Virus record (IMG/VR): IMGVR_UViG_2529292830_000019
Reading direction: 5' to 3' (one strand)
DNA length: 13,926 nt
Source: a virus
Taxonomy: Duplodnaviria > Heunggongvirae > Uroviricota > Caudoviricetes
Below are positions 7,448 through 12,696 of this stretch, piece after piece. Numbering within the stretch: position 1 is the first letter of the stretch; every line of letters begins with the position of its first letter. The notes under the pieces were generated by a model. The model ran no database searches. It saw only the letters and a list, made by a program, of their open reading frames with translations, and was not told where the DNA came from. Both the position numbers and the translations under genes were made by a program.

Positions 7448-7873
7448 TTAAAACGGTATGTTATCCCCGTACGGGTCATCGTGCTGGCTTGTCTGTTGTT
7501 TTGCCCTGTTCAGTGCGTCAGTGGCCTGGCCCTGTTGACCTTTTTTGCCGCCCGGTCGCGCCGTTCGCGCACTGATTACGCTGTCTGCAATAACCTGCCA
7601 GCCCTGCCGCGTTTCCCCGTTCTGGCCTGTCCACTGGCTCACCTGCATGTTACCCGCCACGCTCACCAGTTCGCCTTTGTGGTGTTTTGCCAGTGCGTCG
7701 GCCTGTCTGCCAAACACCAGGACAGATAACCACATCGTCGCCGTTCCGTCATCTGCCTGGCTGCATGGCAGGGGAACCGCCATACTCGCCATCGCCATTT
7801 GTGTCCCCTTGCTGGTGGTCTTTAACTGCGGGTCAGCCACCAGCCGCCCGTAAGCCGCTATCTGTGCTGTCAT
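7448..7873 (-). CDS. ssb: Single-stranded DNA-binding protein (SSB), 141 aa
   Basis: OB-fold-like core (WLSVLVFGRQADALAKHHKGELVSVAGNMQVSQWTGQNGETRQGW) and an acidic C-terminal tail ending DDPYGDNIPF, matching the SSB ...DDDIPF tail. ATG overlaps the upstream stop (ATGA). Confidence 0.8.
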   Translation of the reverse strand: MTAQIAAYGRLVADPQLKTTSKGTQMAMASMAVPLPCSQADDGTATMWLSVLVFGRQADALAKHHKGELVSVAGNMQVSQWTGQNGETRQGWQVIADSVISARTARPGGKKGQQGQATDALNRAKQQTSQHDDPYGDNIPF

Positions 7874-8115
7874 GCTGTCTGTTCTCCGGTTTTAACGTTG
7901 ATGGTTGTCACCTGTTCCGCTTCGGCAATCTCCCGTTCTGTCAGTGTGGCAAAGTTTGCCGCTGCCGTGGTCATGAATGCGCTTACCAGTTCGGGATGTG
8001 CTTTTGCGTACCCTTCTCCCGCGTTGCGGTCGATGATTTTTATCGCCACCCTCAGCCAGTGTTCTGTCAAATCAAGGGTGTGAGATTGTGGTTTTTTTGC
8101 GTGCTTCGTTGTCAC
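7870..8115 (-). CDS. Hypothetical protein, 81 aa, first gene of the SSB operon
   Basis: GTG start at 8115..8113 with GAGGT 7 nt upstream. No family recognised. Confidence 0.45.
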   Translation of the reverse strand: MTTKHAKKPQSHTLDLTEHWLRVAIKIIDRNAGEGYAKAHPELVSAFMTTAAANFATLTEREIAEAEQVTTINVKTGEQTA

Positions 8116-8159
8116 AGGCTTTACCTCACAGCAATAAAATAAAATTTTTGCATTTTAAC

Positions 8160-8400
8160 CCTTCACCTGTTCACCTTTTGAGATTTTCCCTTTTTATTCA
8201 TAATGTTAAGGAGTGAACAGTTTCACAAAAACTATTCACCAACTGTTCACCACTGTTCACCCTTAAAGCTCAATAAATAATCAAAAAGGTGAACAGTGAA
8301 TAGTTTGGTGAACAGTTCACAAATAACTGTTCACCCTATAATGTACTGATATAAAAGATATTTATAACAGGGTGAACAGTGGTGAACAGTTATTCCATAA
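8160..8400. repeat. Iteron-type replication origin: about ten copies of CTGTTCACC / GGTGAACAG in both orientations in AT-rich DNA, directly 3' of the primase gene
   Basis: Forward copies at 8167, 8243, 8253 and 8327; reverse copies at 8212, 8288, 8307, 8381 and 8391; variants CTATTCACC (8232) and TGAATAG (8297). Several are 10 bp apart. The motif equals the P4 type I iteron TGTTCACC as I recall it. Confidence 0.65.
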
Positions 8401-8402
8401 GT

Positions 8403-10217
8403 TTAATTTTTGCTGTCGTCATTTGTGACCGATGCACATGATGGCATCCAGTCTTCTGAATCCTCTGTCAGTGTCACATTTGAACGCAAACCGTGCTTCG
8501 TTTTCCGTTTTATATACTCCCTGCCATATTCCGCCATTGCCCCCGGCATATCTTTACCGAAGCGCGTCAGTGTTACAGGTTTACCGAATCCGTGTGCCCT
8601 CATATATGCCAGATAGGCGTGATAAAGATACCTGCGCGGACTGAACGGAATAATTTCGGCATTACCCACTAACAGACCATCACACATTACCGACGACATG
8701 AGATAGCCACAGAAGTCCACCAGCGAATCGCCCTCGCGTTTTATCACCAGAGCTTCTTCTGATTTCTGCTGCTCATACAGCAGGCGTTTAGCTTCGTCCT
8801 GGTCAGAAAAACGAGTAAGCAGATGGCGAATCACAACCGCCAGCTCTCCTTCTATTTTTTCTGCCAGCATGGGGTCGCGCTCGTTCTCCGGTACAACCTC
8901 CGAAAAATTGAATATCACCCGACGACGTGAGATCCCCCCGCTGCGGTCACTGAATGACATGGCGTTATTGTTCACCGCCAGCACGACCGCCTGAATGCGT
9001 GTTGAGTAGGGGGCTTTATGCTTCGGGTCGATTGCCACCTTGTCACCGCCTGTAATGGCCTTAATTCCTGCGCCATCACCAGCGTAGCGGGTCATATCCG
9101 GCATGATAATCAGCGAAAAGCCAACCACTAACGCGCGTTCCCTTGCATCTTCCAGCGCCTTCATGCTTGCCGATACTGTGTTGGCCTTACCCGCCAGCAT
9201 AGTGCAAATCTCCGCCATCACGCTTTTACCACTTCCCCCTGGACCTGTTACCTCAATGAATAACTGCCAGTCGTACCGGTTCGCCAGCACCATGAATAAT
9301 GCAGCCAGCACGCGATCCGTCTTGCGGTCATTCTCTGCCACCGAGCAGCGTAACCACTTCCAGAAATTCGGCGCATGTGTTGCCAGCGTTTCCCCCTCTG
9401 CTGGTGGGCTGAAAGGTAATTCACTGGCAATTAACAACCAGTCGTTTTTGTTATGCTCCCGAAAATTACCTGTTCTGGTATCAAATACCCCGTTACTGAA
9501 TCCAATCAGGTTACGGGCTGTATTCCCCATTACAGGCAAACTTAACTTCATGGTATCGACCGCCGATTTAATGGCGTTCTGCGAATAGCTGATCTCCGCA
9601 TCAATGAAAATCTGCGCCATAGCACGCTGTAACTCTTTATCCTGAATCGGCTCCCATACAACGCCGTTGTAATGGTGAACAGTGTCAGAGTCGGCATGAA
9701 TCGCCAGTTCACCGCCATAATGTGCCAGGAGAACTTCGCCGCGCTGGCTTGCTCCCATCTGGTTAAGCGCCAGTGGTGCGGCGCTGTCTTCTGTTTTTTT
9801 CTTAACAGGAAGCTGAATCACCAGACCATCAGAAAGATTCTGGCGCTCACGGGCCAGATATTCGCGCCAGTTCTGCACCTCCTGACCGTGCATACCCTCA
9901 GGATAAAAATTTGCATCCTGTACGCCTGCCGCCGCCAGCTTCTGACCAATCGCCTTTATCATTACTGGCGCAAGATATCCGGCCCTGAATATGCGCACGG
10001 ATTTTCTGCCTTCCGGCACAATTTGCAGCTTATCCAGTTCGGATAACTGCTGCTCCCCAAGCCACACAGGAGGCTCATTATCTCCGGCCATACGCGCGTC
10101 ATGTTCCTGCCATTGTTTTGCGTGTGACCAGGCATCACTACCCGCAAAAATAATGACTTCTGTTTCTTTGTGTTTTATGCCGCGTGACTGCTGTTTTACG
10201 TTCGGTGCCAGTTTCAT
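8403..10217 (-). CDS. Primase-helicase replication initiator (P4 alpha / D5-type, SF3 helicase Walker A), 604 aa
   Basis: Walker A GPGGSGKS within a D5-like helicase region, with a primase-like N-terminal half. ATG overlaps the upstream ORF stop (ATGA); the iteron origin lies immediately downstream. Confidence 0.85.
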   Translation of the reverse strand: MKLAPNVKQQSRGIKHKETEVIIFAGSDAWSHAKQWQEHDARMAGDNEPPVWLGEQQLSELDKLQIVPEGRKSVRIFRAGYLAPVMIKAIGQKLAAAGVQDANFYPEGMHGQEVQNWREYLARERQNLSDGLVIQLPVKKKTEDSAAPLALNQMGASQRGEVLLAHYGGELAIHADSDTVHHYNGVVWEPIQDKELQRAMAQIFIDAEISYSQNAIKSAVDTMKLSLPVMGNTARNLIGFSNGVFDTRTGNFREHNKNDWLLIASELPFSPPAEGETLATHAPNFWKWLRCSVAENDRKTDRVLAALFMVLANRYDWQLFIEVTGPGGSGKSVMAEICTMLAGKANTVSASMKALEDARERALVVGFSLIIMPDMTRYAGDGAGIKAITGGDKVAIDPKHKAPYSTRIQAVVLAVNNNAMSFSDRSGGISRRRVIFNFSEVVPENERDPMLAEKIEGELAVVIRHLLTRFSDQDEAKRLLYEQQKSEEALVIKREGDSLVDFCGYLMSSVMCDGLLVGNAEIIPFSPRRYLYHAYLAYMRAHGFGKPVTLTRFGKDMPGAMAEYGREYIKRKTKHGLRSNVTLTEDSEDWMPSCASVTNDDSKN

Positions 10218-10501
10218 TTTTTACCCCCTGCGACCAGCATTTCACGAATTTTGCGGATATGACTTGCTGCACGTTTCTGATTTACGGCTTTACGATGGCC
10301 CACCAGCGTGAAATCACGCCGGAACTGATAAACAGGCATCACGCAGTCATATTCGTAGCCATCACGGCGGTAAGTGATGCGCCGTTCTGCCACGCCTTTT
10401 ATCGTTCCCGTGCCGCCATAGTTATCCCGGAAAATATCGCCGGGGCGGATTTCAGGCCGAGCGGGGCCGCTGGCAGTAAAGCCAGAAATTTTCTGTTTCA
10501 T
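10214..10501 (-). CDS. Hypothetical protein, 95 aa, translationally coupled to the primase
   Basis: ORF with ATG at 10501; its stop overlaps the primase start. No family recognised. Confidence 0.5.
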   Translation of the reverse strand: MKQKISGFTASGPARPEIRPGDIFRDNYGGTGTIKGVAERRITYRRDGYEYDCVMPVYQFRRDFTLVGHRKAVNQKRAASHIRKIREMLVAGGKK

Positions 10502-10506
10502 GGTTT

Positions 10507-10734
10507 TTATTCCGCGTTTATTTTTTTATCGTGAATTTCGATCGCTTTATTTAATTCGACGATTACCGTATCGAGTAATGAAATAAACGCACCAGCAAGA
10601 TTAGACTCACGCTCATCTTCCGGCGCATCACTTAAACCATCAAGCCAGATAAGAAATATTTGCCTCAAACATTCACTGTTAGTCAGTGCGTTTTCTGCAT
10701 GGCTCATTGATTTAAAATAACGGTCATCATGCAT
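10507..10734 (-). CDS. Hypothetical acidic protein, about 75 aa (alternative start at 10779 gives 90 aa)
   Basis: ATG at 10734 overlaps the upstream stop (ATGCATGA). The longer start would overlap the upstream gene by 53 nt. Confidence 0.45.
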   Translation of the reverse strand: MHDDRYFKSMSHAENALTNSECLRQIFLIWLDGLSDAPEDERESNLAGAFISLLDTVIVELNKAIEIHDKKINAE

Positions 10735-10963
10735 GGTGCGCCCCCTGAATATCTGCGGTAAGAATTTTGCCTGCTTCATTCAGCGCCATATCAGCACTAA
10801 GTTGCATAACAGCCAGTGAGTGAGGAACGAAAGCCCCGGCATATTCTGTTTCGCTGGTGGCGCGCTTATGCGCCTTGTCTGCGATAACAGAAATATCAAT
10901 CAACGCGTGCATCAGCGTTTTGATGGCTTCGGCGGCTGCGTCCGGTGTGGTTTTATTGTGCAT
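10727..10963 (-). CDS. Hypothetical protein, 78 aa
   Basis: ORF in operon context; ATG at 10963 overlaps the upstream gene by 11 nt. No family recognised. Confidence 0.45.
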   Translation of the reverse strand: MHNKTTPDAAAEAIKTLMHALIDISVIADKAHKRATSETEYAGAFVPHSLAVMQLSADMALNEAGKILTADIQGAHHA

Positions 10964-11159
10964 AGGTTTCCCCCTGGCGAATACGGGCAGCGAATACCAT
11001 CACGCAGCCATCAGGAGATTGCTGACGCGCTTCCTGTTCGCTGGTGGCCTCAATGGTAATCACGCGCGGTTGTGCCGTGCTCAGGGCGATAAAACGCCAG
11101 ATGTATTTATTCAGGTTGTACGAGTCCCGCCCTTGCGGGTGTCTGGTATAATTTCTCAT
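10953..11159 (-). CDS. Hypothetical protein, about 68 aa, first gene of the leftward replication operon (alternative GTG start at 11219 gives 88 aa)
   Basis: ATG at 11159 preceded by GAGGT with 4-nt spacing; a GTG at 11219 is also in frame. Directly downstream of the operator/promoter region. Confidence 0.4.
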   Translation of the reverse strand: MRNYTRHPQGRDSYNLNKYIWRFIALSTAQPRVITIEATSEQEARQQSPDGCVMVFAARIRQGETYAQ

Positions 11160-11258
11160 AGCTACCTCGATACGCTTTCTATCGTTGGTGGTTAGAAGCC
11201 CTGCGAGTGGTAACGACACTTGCGGGGCTTTGTCTTTTCATCGATTACCTTAATAAAG

Positions 11259-11339
11259 GTGTCAGCCACTATACTAGTGACAGGTGTCAGCCACGTCAAT
11301 AGTGTTTTTCTATTTTCTTGTGTGTATACTGTCAGCCAC
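11259..11339. promoter_or_regulatory. Divergent operator region: three GTCAGCCAC repeats (11261, 11286, 11331), palindrome TGACAGGTGTCA (11278-11289) and two TATACT -10-like hexamers
   Basis: Read directly. Repeats overlap the -10-like elements of both the leftward promoter and the rightward promoter for the RHH gene. Confidence 0.5.
11271..11299 (-). promoter_or_regulatory. Candidate leftward promoter for the replication operon (-35 TTGACG at 11299..11294, 17-nt spacer, -10 TAGTAT at 11276..11271)
   Basis: Hexamers read on the minus strand. The spacer contains a GTCAGCCAC repeat and the palindrome TGACAGGTGTCA. Confidence 0.4.
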
Positions 11340-11360
11340 CTAATAACAAGGAAATCAGAT

Positions 11361-11540
11361 ATGGCAACGAAAGCAGTTAATGGAAAATCCAAAAAACTTG
11401 AGGCACGAGTACCCCATGCAATAGCTGACGCTGTAGAAAATTTAAAGGAAGAAGGCGAAAGCACTGGGCAATTTATCGTTTCGGCGCTTGAAGGTGAGAT
11501 CAAACGCCGCCAGCGCCGGAAGGCCAAAGAGCAGGAATAA
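11361..11540 (+). CDS. Small ribbon-helix-helix (CopG/Arc-like) DNA-binding protein, 59 aa; candidate repressor
   Basis: ATG at 11361 with AAGGA 8 nt upstream. KLEARVPHAIADAVENLKEEGES...FIVSALEGEI fits a beta-strand then two helices. The upstream part of the ORF-track frame is probably not coding. Confidence 0.55.
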   Translation: MATKAVNGKSKKLEARVPHAIADAVENLKEEGESTGQFIVSALEGEIKRRQRRKAKEQE

Positions 11541-11597
11541 CCATCACCAGCGCCGTGGTGTAAGGTATTACGGCGCATTGCTATGCAGGACAACACA

Positions 11598-11771
11598 ATG
11601 ACCGATAAAGAATTGACCAAAACATTATCACCGACACGGAAAAGACGACGCAGAAAGATAGAGCATGAATCAGAAAGATTCGCGCCATGTGCTTTTGCCC
11701 TTGAGCAATTCCTTAAAGAGTACAGGGAAAAGCGCTCATTGCAGGTATGGCAACGAACTGAACCAGACTGA
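11598..11771 (+). CDS. Hypothetical small basic protein, about 57 aa (alternative ATG at 11583)
   Basis: ORF following the RHH gene on the same strand, with AGGA 7 nt upstream of the ATG at 11598. Contains a KRRRRK tract. Weak call. Confidence 0.35.
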   Translation: MTDKELTKTLSPTRKRRRRKIEHESERFAPCAFALEQFLKEYREKRSLQVWQRTEPD

Positions 11772-11837
11772 TTGCATTGCCCACCAGCCGCAAATGTGGC
11801 ATTGTTGGTGATGCTTTTGTTTTCCCTTGTTCTCACT

Positions 11838-11867
11838 GGCGACCCTTTTGCGGTCGCCTTTGTTTTG
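11838..11867 (+). terminator. Rho-independent terminator after the RHH/small-ORF unit
   Basis: GGCGACC-cttttgc-GGTCGCC hairpin followed by TTTGTTTTG. Confidence 0.5.
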
Positions 11868-11962
11868 CCTGTTATCCGGCAATTGTGGCGCTTCGCCACA
11901 CGGTTGATATAATTCCCCTGCACTGATCCATTTTTTTCGCAGCAGGTTAATTGTTCAGAAAG

Positions 11963-11990
11963 GCGGTTCCTTATCGGGGCCGCTTTTTTT
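11963..11990 (+). terminator. Second plus-strand rho-independent terminator
   Basis: GCGGTTCC-ttatc-GGGGCCGC hairpin (with G-U pairs) followed by TTTTTTT. Confidence 0.5.
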
Positions 11991-12131
11991 ATGCCTGAAA
12001 ATACCCGATAACATGGCTTTTTAGTTTCACCAGGACGAACGAAGCCCCGCCCCTGTTCGGGCGTATATCCAGTATTCATGGTTAGATCTCTGTGTTAGTG
12101 GATGGGTGGCGGCGGTGCGCCGCCAGCCTGA

Positions 12132-12320
12132 TTAGTGAACTGCCTCGCGGCTGTCCTTCCATGCCAGAACTTCGGATAAAGACCAGCCAACGGAACGACC
12201 GCCGAGTTTACGCCGTGATGGGAATTGTCCGGTCTTTTCCAGGCGATACCGACATGAGCGGCTCAGGCCTGTAAGTTGCTGACATTCTTTTTCACGTATA
12301 AAGCGATCTGTGCTTAACAC
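12132..12320 (-). CDS. alpA: AlpA-family phage transcriptional regulator (excisionase-like winged HTH), 62 aa
   Basis: IREKECQQLTGLSRSCRYRLEKTGQFPSRRKLGGRSVGWSLSEVLAWK matches the AlpA (Phage_AlpA) pattern. GTG start at 12320 with AAGGGGG 4 nt upstream. Confidence 0.85.
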   Translation of the reverse strand: MLSTDRFIREKECQQLTGLSRSCRYRLEKTGQFPSRRKLGGRSVGWSLSEVLAWKDSREAVH

Positions 12321-12349
12321 AATTCCCCCTTTGTTGTTTCTTAAAGAGT

Positions 12350-12400
12350 CATTGGGTGGATTATTGGGTTGGGTTGTGTCGGATTGTGTCAGGGTGTTTA
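12350..12400. repeat. Phased TTGGGT / TTGTGTC repeats (about 10-bp period) immediately upstream of alpA
   Basis: cattgggtgg / attattgggtt / gggttgtgtc / ggattgtgtc / agggtgttta. A possible alpA promoter overlaps it on the minus strand (-35 TTGCCA at 12411..12406, -10 CACAAT at 12388..12383). Confidence 0.45.
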
Positions 12401-12483
12401 TGGAATGGCAAACAGTGATGTGGTGTTCGTCGCTGAAACAGGCGCAATTAGAAAAAAACTATTTTGATTCATTTGGATACAAA

Positions 12484-12513
12484 GGCGTAAAATTCTGCAT
12501 TTACGCCTTTTTT
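12484..12513 (+). terminator. Strong plus-strand rho-independent terminator in the int-alpA intergenic region, with no annotated plus-strand gene upstream
   Basis: GGCGTAAA-attctgca-TTTACGCC (8-bp stem) followed by TTTTTT. On the minus strand the trailing U-run is poor (UUUGUAUCC). Confidence 0.5.
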
Positions 12514-12613
12514 ACATATTTTTAAGATTGATTCGCCAATGTACAAAAAAACAGTAAACCACCAGAAAATCAGACTTATAGGGAGTTAATCAGAAATAAT
12601 CATAGATAATCAG

Positions 12614-12676
12614 ATTTGTTCCAGATTGTTTGCCGTTGTTCGTCGTTGTGTCTCGTTGTTCCACGTTGTGTCCGTT
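12614..12676. repeat. Six to seven tandem 10-bp-phased repeats of (c)GTTGT(T/G)(T)C just 3' of the integrase stop
   Basis: atTTGTTCc / agATTGTTTG / ccGTTGTTCgt / cGTTGTGTCtc / GTTGTTCcac / GTTGTGTCc / GTTCtg, read directly. Confidence 0.6.
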
Positions 12677-12696
12677 CTGAAAAATCACGAAAAAAA

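Noticed and set aside
11192-12079. 295-aa minus-strand ORF spanning the RHH gene, the small basic ORF and both plus-strand terminators
   Set aside because: It runs antisense to better-supported plus-strand features, has low-complexity Ser/Arg/Cys-rich composition, no RBS and no recognisable domain; it is probably an open frame by chance.
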